Assembly (NCBI GenBank): GCA_965249575.1
Contig: OZ252244.1
Coordinates: 608,001-672,000 of the forward strand
Length of the DNA: 64,000 nt
Direction: 5' to 3'
Source of the DNA: Gemmatimonadales bacterium
Lineage (GTDB): Bacteria > Gemmatimonadota > Gemmatimonadetes > Gemmatimonadales > GWC2-71-9
Position 1 is the first letter of the stretch. Each line of letters opens with the position of its first letter. Below the pieces are notes generated by a model. The model had not been told where the DNA came from, did not search any database, and saw only the letters and a program-made list of their open reading frames with translations. Shown piece after piece: positions 38,092-47,775 of this stretch. The position numbers were made by a program, and so were the translations under genes.

Positions 38092-39722
38092 CACCCGACA
38101 CACTCCAGCCAAGAGCTCCTGTCGCTGTGGGGTACCTGCGCGTCAGCACTGAGGACCAGGCCCGAGAGGACCGGGCGTCGCTTGCCCAGCAGGAGCACGC
38201 AATTCGCGAGCTAGCGGAGCGGCATCGGTACGAGCTTCAGCACCTCTTCCGAGACCCCGGCGGTTCCGGTGGAACGGCCAAACGCCCGGGCTTTCAAGCA
38301 CTCCTGCGCCATGTCCGCGAGCATCCCGGTGGCGGGGTCGTGCTGGTGCTGAACGATTCCAGATGGGGACGGTTTTCAAATCCCGAGGAAGCGACTTACT
38401 GGCGGATCGAGTGTGAGCGTCATGGGTGGCCCGTACGGTTCGTCGAGGGCGACGAGTCCGAAGACCCGCTCACCCGTGGCATTATGCGGACGATCCACAG
38501 CGCACAAGCATCCGCGTACCGCGACCAAGTTCGAGCGAATGCCCGACGTGGGGCTCGCGGTGCGGCGGGAGATGGCTGGTGGGTCACCGAGGCACCGATT
38601 GGGTATCGGCGACAGGCATATCGTGATGGATGCCCCACCCGCGTGCTTGAAGTGGGGGAGCGCAAGGCCGATGACGAACGGGTGCGACTGACGCCAGGTC
38701 CAGAGCATGAACAGCGGTTCGTTCAACAGCTCTTCGTTGAATATGCAAAGGGGACGAAGAGTCTCGGAGCACTGGCCCGGGACGCCAACCAGTGGTTCCC
38801 GGACCGGACGTGGAAACGACAGACACTTGGGAGTGTGCTTAGAAATCCTGCCTATGTCGGAGACGTCGTGTGGGGTCGGCGCCCCATGAATGACGCCGGT
38901 ACGCAGCGGTTCGACGCGGACCAGTCACGGTGGACAATACGGGAAAGCGCGCACACGCCCCTTGTGGACCGGCCGCTCTTTGATCGGGTGCAATCGCTAC
39001 TGAACCGTAACCGCAAGCAGACGCGCGCAACGAGAGGCGGGTAGCCGTTGTCCGGATTCATTCGTTGCGCGGATTGCGGCTCGCATTACATAGGTGGCGG
39101 TGGTCCGAGGCCCAAGAAGGCCGGCATCGACCGGGATCGGTATCGGTTCTACAAGGAGGCGCACCCGTGCGGTGACCTCACCGGCACGCTCACCAAGCGC
39201 ATCGTCGAGCCGCTCATCATCGAGGCTATTGGCAGCATCCTCAGGCAGCCGCCGGTGTTCCGGCTGATCGAGGCTGAGTTCGACCGCCTCATCGAGAGCA
39301 CAGCCGAGGATTCAGTCACCCCGGGGCTCCGCCGCGAGCGGGCGCGCCTGGAGCACGAGCGGCGGAATCTTGTCCGGGCCATTGCGACCGGCACATTGAC
39401 GGATGCGGAAGCGCGACCTGAATTGGCCGAGCTGCGAGCCCGTATCGAGGCCATCGACGTCGCGATTAAGCGGTCGCAGGTAACCCGGCATCGCCACGAG
39501 GCCCTGGCCGGCGACCGGGAGAGCATGGTGGCACTTGCCCGCGACTTCGCTACGGTAGCGCACCGTATCCACGGTGCCGAATTGAGGGAGCTCGTGCGGC
39601 CATGGATCGCCGAGGCCATATTTGATAAACGGGAGCGGGTGCTCACGCTATGCGTACGAAAGATCCCGAACGTCGGGATGTTCTCGGTTTTGGAATTGTC
39701 TGGCCGGCCGGGGCGAGATTGA
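38088..39722 (+). pseudogene. Large serine recombinase with in-frame TAG at 39042-39044
   Basis: YLRVSTEDQ catalytic Ser, RPGFQ, SRWGR, APIGY, LRNPAYVG, then *PLSGFIRCADCG zinc ribbon and coiled coil in same frame. Confidence 0.9.
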
Positions 39723-39918
39723 CGGTGATCCTTTGCAAGGGAAACGAATAGCCGGAGTTCGTGATGGCCGCGTTGACCCGCTCCCGCCCCTCCTTGACCG
39801 CGCCGTGCGGCAGGCCGACCGTCGCGAAGGACGGCAGGCCGTGCGCGATGTCCACCTCCACGTCGACGACATACGCATCGATGCCGAGGACGGCTGCGGA
39901 CCGCACCCGGGAGAGCAT
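39705..39918 (-). pseudogene. comM: 5' fragment of YifB/ComM Mg-chelatase-like ATPase
   Basis: [23 protein letters not shown]...GLP...[24 protein letters not shown] then unrelated sequence. Confidence 0.93.
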
Positions 39919-40221
39919 GGGAGCACGGTAGCGCGAGATGGCGCAAAGTCAGCACACAAAACACGCGGATTGTGGCGGATCAATGCGAGATGGCGTGGCG
40001 GAGCGTTTTTCAGGACGCGCTCCGGCCGGCCGGCTCGCCTTTGAGGGCGGGAAACCTGGGGCGGAGCCGCGAAACCAGCACACCCGTACCCTCGAGTGCG
40101 CCTTCCCATGCGGAATGGAAGTGCATAACATCCCTCGATCCCGGTTAAGCCCGGGAGGTGATGCGGCGGCAACAAACCGGTCACCCTCTTGACGGCGGTC
40201 ACCAGCCATAGAGGAGGAGAC

Positions 40222-40845
40222 ATGCAACTACTCCGAGTGATCATCCTGCCAGCCCTACTCTTCATACTCCCCGTAAGCTTGGTCGCACAACAGGGGCGGC
40301 CCGCCAGCCCGAGGGGGGAGGCGTCCACTCAAGTCGGCGGGTCCTATCATGCCGAAGGCAGGTTCGGGGGAGGATCCTGGATCGTCGTGGATTACGGCCG
40401 CCCAATTCTGCGCGGGCGCCAGAACATGTTCGGCTCCGGCGATACGTACGGAGACACCTTTCTTCGCGGCGCTCCCCTGTGGCGGATCGGAGCCAACCAG
40501 TCGACGCGCTTCATGACCGAGACCGACCTGATGTTCGGCGACAAGCGTTTACCCGCCGGCGAGTATTCCGCCTTTGCGGATCTCAAACCGGGCGAGTGGA
40601 CCTTGGCGTTCAGTACGTGGGGCGTAAAACAAGATTATCGCGAGGAAAACCCGGACGCCCTCTGGGGGTCCTACGAGTACACCCCCGAACGGGACGTGCT
40701 CCGTACCACGATGAAGGCGACCACCCTCCCGATGTCAGCCGACCAGCTGATCATCACCTTCACGGACATGACGCAAGAGGGTGGGAACTTCACCATTTGG
40801 TGGGACGACCAGTTTGCTACGACGCCGTTCAAAGTGGCTCGTTAG
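40222..40845 (+). CDS. DUF2911 domain secreted protein
   Basis: Signal peptide, RPASP, VDYGRP..RGR, WRIGANQST, LPAGEYS; GAGGAGG RBS. Confidence 0.88.
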   Translation: MQLLRVIILPALLFILPVSLVAQQGRPASPRGEASTQVGGSYHAEGRFGGGSWIVVDYGRPILRGRQNMFGSGDTYGDTFLRGAPLWRIGANQSTRFMTETDLMFGDKRLPAGEYSAFADLKPGEWTLAFSTWGVKQDYREENPDALWGSYEYTPERDVLRTTMKATTLPMSADQLIITFTDMTQEGGNFTIWWDDQFATTPFKVAR

Positions 40846-40962
40846 GCCGCCTGGACCCCGGGCACCATGGTCTGGCTTGCATGGACTCCTCGAGACGCCC
40901 ACGAGCAGTAGACTTCGAATCGTAGGTACGCTAGGTTGCCGGTAGCGCAAGGGGGAATCGTC

Positions 40963-41826
40963 ATGGCGTCCGATGTCGCGACCGAGTCCCAGAGATCCGG
41001 CGCCTCGATCGAGGCTTTCGCCTTCGATGTGGAGGGACTAGCCCGACTCGGCCAGCAGCAGCACCAGTCGTACATTCGCGCGGATCCATTTCCGCACGCC
41101 GTGCTCGATGGACTCGTCCCCGAGAGAGTCTGCGATCGCGTTCTCGAAGAGTTCCCCGATCCCAACCGGAACCAGTGGATCCGGTTCCACGACCACACGG
41201 GCAAGAAGCTCGCGTCCCGAGTCGAATCGCAGCTCGGTCCGTTCACTCGGCACGTCATCGCCCAATTCAACTCGGCCGGGTTCCTCGAATTCCTGGAGAA
41301 GATGACTGGAATCGACGGCCTCATACCAGACCCGCACCTGTTCGGCGGCGGGCTGCACCAGATCCAGCGCGGAGGATTCCTCAAGATCCACGCCGACTTC
41401 AATCGGCACGAGCGGCTACACTTGGACCGCCGCCTGAACTTGCTCCTCTTCCTGAACCGAGACTGGGACGAGGCCTACGGCGGTCAACTGGAGCTTTGGG
41501 ACAGGGAGATGGCGCACTGCGTCAAACGAGTGCTTCCGGTCTGTAACCGCGCAGTGGTCTTTAGCACGACCTCCACTGCCTACCACGGTCATCCCAACCC
41601 GCTCACGTGTCCCGAGGGTCGATACCGCCGCTCCATGGCGTTGTACTACTACACCAGTGGCCGTCCCGCAGAGGAAATCCGAGAGGCGCACACGACGCTC
41701 TATCAAGAGCGACCCGGTGAAACGGTCGTCCTCAGCCCCGGTGCGAGATTGCGCGCCGTGGTCAAGCGTTTCGTGCCCCCGATTATCATCGACGCGGCCC
41801 GAGCGCTCCGGGGCAGAAGAGTGTAA
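40963..41826 (+). CDS. 2OG-Fe(II) oxygenase
   Basis: PFPH, GGGLH, HADF, RRLNLLLFLN, HGHP, RRSMALYYY. Confidence 0.9.
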   Translation: MASDVATESQRSGASIEAFAFDVEGLARLGQQQHQSYIRADPFPHAVLDGLVPERVCDRVLEEFPDPNRNQWIRFHDHTGKKLASRVESQLGPFTRHVIAQFNSAGFLEFLEKMTGIDGLIPDPHLFGGGLHQIQRGGFLKIHADFNRHERLHLDRRLNLLLFLNRDWDEAYGGQLELWDREMAHCVKRVLPVCNRAVVFSTTSTAYHGHPNPLTCPEGRYRRSMALYYYTSGRPAEEIREAHTTLYQERPGETVVLSPGARLRAVVKRFVPPIIIDAARALRGRRV

Positions 41827-41924
41827 GCAGACCGGCGGTCGCCCTGGCGGCCCCCATTTTGGTTTGGTCGGTCGGCCGCCCCTGATCAGATTTGTGACGC
41901 ACAAGTGAAGAATCGCGAGGCCTT

Positions 41925-43322
41925 TTAGTCCTCCTCACCCCACTGGCAGATCCCCTCTTCGACCAGCTCCTGCATCACGTGGTCGGTCGCTTCCCGGAAC
42001 GTGTTCACCGCCGTATCGATCTCTTCCTCTGAAATGATGAAGGGCGGCGAAAAGGCAATCGTATCGGTCTGGGGCAGCGCCCGCCCGATGACGCCCCGCT
42101 GGAAGGCCTCCTTGACGATGCGCGCGGCCACCTTGACCGAGGGGTCGAACGCAACCGCCGGTCGGCGGCTCGCGACGAACTCGACTCCGCACATCAGGCC
42201 CACGCCCCGTACGTCGCCAACGAGTGGGTGATCGTTGAACGCGCTCTCGAGGCGCCGTTGCAGGTAGGCACCGAGGGTCGCTGCCTGCTCGACGAGGCCC
42301 TCCCTGTCGATCAGGTCCAGGTTGGCGAGGGCGGCCGCCGCAGGGCCGGGATGCGCGGTGTAGGTAAAGCCGTGTCCGAACACGCCGAATCGCTGCTCGC
42401 CTTCGACGATGGTCCGCCAGACCCCCTCCGAGACCATACAGCCCGATAGCGGCGCGTACATGGAGGTGAGGCCCTTGGCCAGAATGATGAGGTCGGGTTC
42501 GAGTCCGAACAGCTCCGTCCCGAAAGGCCTACCCAGCCGTCCGAAACCGGAAATGACCTCATCGGCGATCAGCAGGACGTCGTAGCGCGCGAGCACTCCT
42601 TGGATGGCCGGGTAGTACCCCTCGGGCGGTACGATCACGCCGCCCGCTCCCATCACCGGCTCGACGATCATGGCGCCTATGGTTTCCGGACCCTCCGTCT
42701 GGATGAGTCGCTCCAAGTCGTCGACGAGTCGCGCGACGAATTCCGCATCGGTGAGGCCCTCGCCCTCCCACAGCGGCCGCGGCGCGGTGGTGTGCCTCAC
42801 GAACGGCAGCGGGAGATCGAACCCGGCGTGCGCGACGACCAATCCGGTCAGGCTCCCCGAGACCGCCGTGACGCCGTGGTAGCCCCGGTCGCGGGCGATG
42901 ATCTTCTTCTTCTCCGTCTTGCCGCGAACGTTCTGGTAATACCAGACGAGTTTCACTGCGGTATCGTTGGCATCGGAGCCCGAGCTTCCGAAGAACACCT
43001 TGGACATCGGCACAGGCGCCATCTCGATGAGCCGCTGGGCGAGCAGAATCGCCTGATCTGACGACACTCCGGAAAAGGTGTGACAGTACGATAGGGTGGT
43101 CGCCTGGCGCTCCAACGCCTGGGCGATCTCGCGCCGGCCATAACCGACGTTGACGCACCAGAGACCCGCCATGGCATCGAGATATCGCCGCCCCTCGGCG
43201 TCCTCCAGCCACGCGCCCTCGCCCTTCACGATGACCGGAGCCGGCCCTAACTGCTCGTGTGTGGCAAGCGCCGTCATCGGATGGAACAGGTACCGCCGAT
43301 CGAGGTCCGACAGGGAAGACAT
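41925..43322 (-). CDS. Class III (omega-amino) aminotransferase
   Basis: LDAMAGLWCVNVG, SGSDANDT, YHG, IADEVISGFGR, LAKGLTS, HGFTY. Confidence 0.93.
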   Translation of the reverse strand: MSSLSDLDRRYLFHPMTALATHEQLGPAPVIVKGEGAWLEDAEGRRYLDAMAGLWCVNVGYGRREIAQALERQATTLSYCHTFSGVSSDQAILLAQRLIEMAPVPMSKVFFGSSGSDANDTAVKLVWYYQNVRGKTEKKKIIARDRGYHGVTAVSGSLTGLVVAHAGFDLPLPFVRHTTAPRPLWEGEGLTDAEFVARLVDDLERLIQTEGPETIGAMIVEPVMGAGGVIVPPEGYYPAIQGVLARYDVLLIADEVISGFGRLGRPFGTELFGLEPDLIILAKGLTSMYAPLSGCMVSEGVWRTIVEGEQRFGVFGHGFTYTAHPGPAAAALANLDLIDREGLVEQAATLGAYLQRRLESAFNDHPLVGDVRGVGLMCGVEFVASRRPAVAFDPSVKVAARIVKEAFQRGVIGRALPQTDTIAFSPPFIISEEEIDTAVNTFREATDHVMQELVEEGICQWGEED

Positions 43323-43430
43323 TGGCGAGCTCCTAGCGCTCGTATTGCCGATCATCTGGCGCGCGGCGAGATTGCGCTTCGATTCGTGCAGGGATCGAAG
43401 ACCGTTGGACATGTGCGCCCCAACTAACAG

Positions 43431-45149
43431 TTGGAATTTCCCGATGGCCATCATCACGCGCAAGGCAGACCGACGCTGAAGATCGAGTTCGAGGACGAAG
43501 TCCTAGAGGCGCGCCCGGGCGAGAGTCTCGCGGCGACCCTCACCGCTCACGGTATCCGGTGGTTGCGTACGACCGAGAGCGGCGCGGAGCGCGGCATATT
43601 CTGCGGCATGGGTGTATGCCAAGATTGCCTGGTCGAGGTCGACGGGCAGCCAAACGAACGGGCTTGCACGCTCAAGGTCGAACGGCCCATGAAAGTCAGG
43701 CGCGAGGGGAGCGGCCGTCCTTCCCCGGCGATGGATCCGACGCGTGGCCGTCCACCAGTCACCATCGAGGAGATCCCGGTCGAGCGCCCGGAGGTGCTGG
43801 TGGTCGGCGCGGGCCCCGGGGGGCTCGCCGCCGCATACGCCGCGCGCCTGGCCGGCGCCGAGGTGCTGGTCCTCGATGAGGGATCGGCGGCGGGCGGTCA
43901 GTACTTCAAGCAGTGCTCAGCGGCGAGCATCGTGCCGCCCGACACGCAACATCGCGAAGGACAGCGGCTCATCGCCGACGTAATCGCCGGCGGCGTGACG
44001 GTCGTATCCAACGCAGTGGTGTGGGGGGCATTCCCTCCACTGGAGCTTGCTGCGACGATCGCGGGTACCACGGTTCGATACCAGCCGCGCGTGGCGATCC
44101 TGGCGACCGGCGCGTACGATCGCGGCTGGCCGGTGCCGGACTGGACACTGCCCGGCGTCATCACCACCGGGGCCGCCCAGACGATGTGGCGTACCGCTCG
44201 CCGGCTGCCCGGGAAGCGGGTCCTGATCGCTGGCAACGGGCCACTCAATCTCCAGCTCGCCTCCGAGCTCACCGCGGGCGGAGCCGATGTCGTCGCCGTG
44301 GTCGAGGCAGCGCCCGCCGTGGGTTTCCGCCGCGCGAAGGAGATCGCGACCATGCTCGCCACCGCACCCGGCCTGGTCGCCGAAGGCCTGCGCTACCTGT
44401 CGCGGTGTCGCCGAGCGGGCGTGCGCATGATGAACGGGTCCGTCCTGACATCCGTCGAGCGCCGCTCGGGTGTCCTGCACTCATCGATCGAGGGCCGGGT
44501 ATCTGCCGAGCTCGACTCCGACGTCGTATGCCTCGGTTACGGATTCCATCCATCGAATGAGCTGCTCCGGGCACTCGGATGTTCCCACGTATTCGACCCT
44601 GAGCGAGGCGAGCTCATCACAGTTCGGGACGCGCGAGGCGCGACAAGTGTGCCCGGCGTCTGGGCACTCGGCGACTGCACCGGGCTCGGAGGGGCGCGGG
44701 TCGGGCTGGCCGAGGGAACCCTCGCGGGTTTTGCAGCCGCTCGGGCGCTGGGCCACGCACTCTCGTCCAAGGCCGCTCACACAGACATAACGGCAGAGTC
44801 GAACGCCGCGCGTCACCGCCGGTTTCAGAAGGCGCTGTGGCGGATATACCGCATGGCCGAGTCGCTCGAGCCGCACCCCACCGGCGACACGATCGTGTGC
44901 CGATGCGAGGAGGTATCGTACGGTCAGGTCGAGGCGGCCCTCGAGGAGGGCGCTCGCTCACCGGGCGAGATCAAGCAGCGCACTCGGGTCGGCATGGGCC
45001 GATGTCAGGCGCGTTACTGCGGGCCGGCGCTCGAGTCCTTGTTAGCGAAGCGTACCGGCCATCAGCGAGACGAATACTCGGGGTTCGCACCCCGAATGCC
45101 GGTCAAACCGGTTGCCGTCGCCGATCTCGCCAGCGTGATGCCCGAATAG
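43431..45149 (+). CDS. Fused 2Fe-2S + FAD/NAD(P)-binding + BFD-like subunit of flavin amine dehydrogenase (HcnA-HcnB/OoxA-like)
   Basis: FCGMGVCQDC...AC, VVGAGPGGLAAA, LATGAYDR, VCRCEEV, RVGMGRCQARYC; true start uncertain. Confidence 0.88.
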   Translation: MEFPDGHHHAQGRPTLKIEFEDEVLEARPGESLAATLTAHGIRWLRTTESGAERGIFCGMGVCQDCLVEVDGQPNERACTLKVERPMKVRREGSGRPSPAMDPTRGRPPVTIEEIPVERPEVLVVGAGPGGLAAAYAARLAGAEVLVLDEGSAAGGQYFKQCSAASIVPPDTQHREGQRLIADVIAGGVTVVSNAVVWGAFPPLELAATIAGTTVRYQPRVAILATGAYDRGWPVPDWTLPGVITTGAAQTMWRTARRLPGKRVLIAGNGPLNLQLASELTAGGADVVAVVEAAPAVGFRRAKEIATMLATAPGLVAEGLRYLSRCRRAGVRMMNGSVLTSVERRSGVLHSSIEGRVSAELDSDVVCLGYGFHPSNELLRALGCSHVFDPERGELITVRDARGATSVPGVWALGDCTGLGGARVGLAEGTLAGFAAARALGHALSSKAAHTDITAESNAARHRRFQKALWRIYRMAESLEPHPTGDTIVCRCEEVSYGQVEAALEEGARSPGEIKQRTRVGMGRCQARYCGPALESLLAKRTGHQRDEYSGFAPRMPVKPVAVADLASVMPE

Positions 45150-46300
45150 TGGGACTGAGCGACGCACTTCCCCGCAACATCGAAACGGCAGTGGTTGGCG
45201 GCGGACTGCTTGGTCTTTGTGTCGCCGGGTTCCTCGCCGAAGCGCAGCGGGAGGTCGCCATCATCGACGCCGGTCGTCCCGACGGCACCACGACCAATGC
45301 CGGCAGCCTCCACGTGCAAATGCAGAGTCGGTTTCTACGACTCTATCCTGATCAGGTGCCCGCTCTGGAAGCGGCGCTCCACCTGTACCCCAAGGCGGTT
45401 GCGTTCTGGGCCGAACTGCAGCGTCATCTGCACGCCAATTTCGGTCTCAAAGTTGGCGGCGGGTTGATGGTTGCAGAGAGTCGGCAACAACTCGACTTTT
45501 TGGTTCGAAAGTGCCAACGTGAGCGAGCTGTTGGGATCGACGCGGCAATCGTCGAGCGGCCAGGGATCGAGCGGATCGCGCCCTATCTCGGTCCCGCCGT
45601 GGTCGGGGTCGAGATGTGCGCGAACGAAGGCCGGCTCGACCCGCTCGAGACCAACCGGGCACTGCGGCACTGGGTCGACGGCCTTGGAGTCCCGTACGTC
45701 GGTCGAACGCCGGTCGAGCGGATCGTTCGCGACGGCCGGCGTTTCAACATTGAGACGCAAACAGGCACCGTCGGGGCGGCATCCGTCGTTATCGCAGCGG
45801 CGGCGGGTTCGCGGGGATTGGCGGAGGGACTCGGCATCCGGCTGCCGGTGGAAGCCGAGCCATTGCATATGAACGTCACCGAGCCAACCACCCCGTTCAT
45901 CGCCCACCTCGTCCAGCACGCGGACCGCATGGTCACGATCAAGCAGCTGGCGAGCGGGCACGTGCTGATCGGTGGCGGGTGGGCTGCGGAGTGGTCCGTT
46001 GATCGAAGCAACCCGGCGGTCCGGCTGGCCAGTCTGGTCGGCAACACGACGCTGGCACAGCACATCGTACCCGCGATCGGACGGCTTCGGATCATCCGTA
46101 CGTGGGGCGGAGTCAACACGACGGCGGACGGTATCGGCGTCTTAGGCCCCATTCACGGAGTGCCCGGGGCGTTTGTGGCAATTCCAGGCGATGCCGGCTA
46201 CACTCTTGGACCGTTGTCTGCGCGGCTGGTCGCCGACGCCGTCTTGGGCCGGCAACCCAGGGAAGACCTGGCGCCGTTCTCGCCGTCTCGATTTCAGTAG
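45149..46300 (+). CDS. DAO-family FAD-dependent oxidoreductase (HcnC/OoxB-like subunit)
   Basis: VVGGGLLG, NAGSLH, RTWGG, GYTLGP, PFSPSRF; TAGTG overlap. Confidence 0.88.
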   Translation: MGLSDALPRNIETAVVGGGLLGLCVAGFLAEAQREVAIIDAGRPDGTTTNAGSLHVQMQSRFLRLYPDQVPALEAALHLYPKAVAFWAELQRHLHANFGLKVGGGLMVAESRQQLDFLVRKCQRERAVGIDAAIVERPGIERIAPYLGPAVVGVEMCANEGRLDPLETNRALRHWVDGLGVPYVGRTPVERIVRDGRRFNIETQTGTVGAASVVIAAAAGSRGLAEGLGIRLPVEAEPLHMNVTEPTTPFIAHLVQHADRMVTIKQLASGHVLIGGGWAAEWSVDRSNPAVRLASLVGNTTLAQHIVPAIGRLRIIRTWGGVNTTADGIGVLGPIHGVPGAFVAIPGDAGYTLGPLSARLVADAVLGRQPREDLAPFSPSRFQ

Positions 46301-46372
46301 CACGCGGTGATACCCTATCCGGACCGCGCCAGCGCCCGCGGCGGCCACACAGTCGGGAGTCAAAGGTCTGCC

Positions 46373-47740
46373 ATGGCTAAAGAACCCACTGAAGCGAAAG
46401 CAATCGAGACGCGCGGAGTGTCGCGGCGCGTAGCGATTCGGAGCATGGCGGCGGCATTCGCTGCGCTCGCCGCCGCTGGGGCATGCCGCTTTGCCGGCTC
46501 GAAGAAAACGCCGGGTCTCACGCTCCGCTGGTGGTCGACGCAGTCGGCCCCGGCACAACTGGCCGCGTACCGGGCGCAGATTGCCGCGTTCGAAGCGGCC
46601 AACCCGGGGATGGGAGTAGTCTTTGAACCGATATCCGACGAGGGGTACGCGACGCAGCTCGCCGCGGCGTTTGCTTCGGGCGAAGTGCCACACTTGGTCA
46701 CGCACCTGCCGTCGTTCGCCATCCAAGGCTACTACGCCCACGGCTTGATCGAGCCGCTGGACGATGTCATCGAGACAATCGGACCGGAAAAGTTTTACTC
46801 AGGGGCTAACGACGTGTACCGAGCCGCCGATGGCAAGTTCGTGGCCACGGGCATTGGCAACACGGCCGCCGACATGCTGTGGGTGCGGCTCGACCTGCTG
46901 GAACGAGCGCGCGTGGACAAGATCCCCGAAACGTGGGACGAGCTGCGTGCGGCCTGCCGGGCCATGCAGGGCGGAGGGATCTACGGTGCACCGCTACCGT
47001 ACGGATTGAATTCGGCAAACTCCTTGACCTTCATCGGATTCATCCATCGCGCCGGTGGCATGGTATTCACGCCCGACCTCGAGATCGCGCTCGATCAGCA
47101 GGCAACCTATGACGCGCTGGAGTTCTACCTGTCCATGCGCGAGTTTTGCCCACCGGGCGCCACTGGCTACTCCTGGGGCGAAATGCTCACGGCCTTCGTG
47201 AGCGGTGCGACGGCCACCGGCATTTACGCCGGCCGAGTGCTCGCCAACGTCGTGGCACAAAACCCAGAGATCGCAGATTCGATCACGTGCACGCTCTATC
47301 CGAGAATCTCGCTCGATATCCCGGCGTGGACCTACAACGACTTCCCAAGCGTGTGCATTCCCGCGGCTGCCCGAAATAAGACGGAGGCGAAACGGCTCGC
47401 GGTATCGCTGTTCGATCCGCCGGGGTATATCCCGCAGCTTCACGCTGCTCCAGGGCACGTGCTCCCCGTGCTCAAGACCATCGCCGAAGACCCGGCGTAT
47501 CAGGAGAACGAGATCATCCGGCGATATCCACGAGAGATCGACATCATGGCCTTAGCCGCGGCACGCGGGCACAATCTCGGATACGAGACACCGGAGCATC
47601 AGGCAAATCCGAAGGCGGGCGAGATCATCGCGTCCAACGCCATCGCCGAAATGGTACAGCGGGTAGTCTTGAACGGTGAAAACGCAAGAACGGTCGTGGG
47701 CAACACCGCAAGACGGCTCGAAGAAATCATGCACTCCTGA
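46373..47740 (+). CDS. ABC transporter substrate-binding protein (CUT1 type, Tat/lipoprotein signal)
   Basis: SRRVAIR twin-Arg, AGAC, FEAANPG, IPETWDEL. Confidence 0.88.
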   Translation: MAKEPTEAKAIETRGVSRRVAIRSMAAAFAALAAAGACRFAGSKKTPGLTLRWWSTQSAPAQLAAYRAQIAAFEAANPGMGVVFEPISDEGYATQLAAAFASGEVPHLVTHLPSFAIQGYYAHGLIEPLDDVIETIGPEKFYSGANDVYRAADGKFVATGIGNTAADMLWVRLDLLERARVDKIPETWDELRAACRAMQGGGIYGAPLPYGLNSANSLTFIGFIHRAGGMVFTPDLEIALDQQATYDALEFYLSMREFCPPGATGYSWGEMLTAFVSGATATGIYAGRVLANVVAQNPEIADSITCTLYPRISLDIPAWTYNDFPSVCIPAAARNKTEAKRLAVSLFDPPGYIPQLHAAPGHVLPVLKTIAEDPAYQENEIIRRYPREIDIMALAAARGHNLGYETPEHQANPKAGEIIASNAIAEMVQRVVLNGENARTVVGNTARRLEEIMHS

Positions 47741-47775
47741 TTCTCCATGATCCGCGGCAGCGTCGGACACACCCC

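Larger units (their letters stand above)
37200..39705. mobile_element. Remnant of a comM-integrated element with large serine recombinase (left boundary unknown)
   Basis: Recombinase abuts comM broken at ITVNLAPA; orphan ORFs and C-rich repeats upstream. Confidence 0.7.

Noticed and set aside
12197..39044. TAG reassignment or pyrrolysine, suggested by two in-frame amber codons
   Set aside because: The expected residues differ (Glu vs Tyr), each is one substitution from TAG, many intact genes here end in TAG, and no pyl genes are present in the window.
43431..46300. Hydrogen cyanide synthase hcnABC
   Set aside because: Same fold family, but linkage to an importer and catabolic enzymes argues for substrate degradation; no specific evidence for HCN synthesis.
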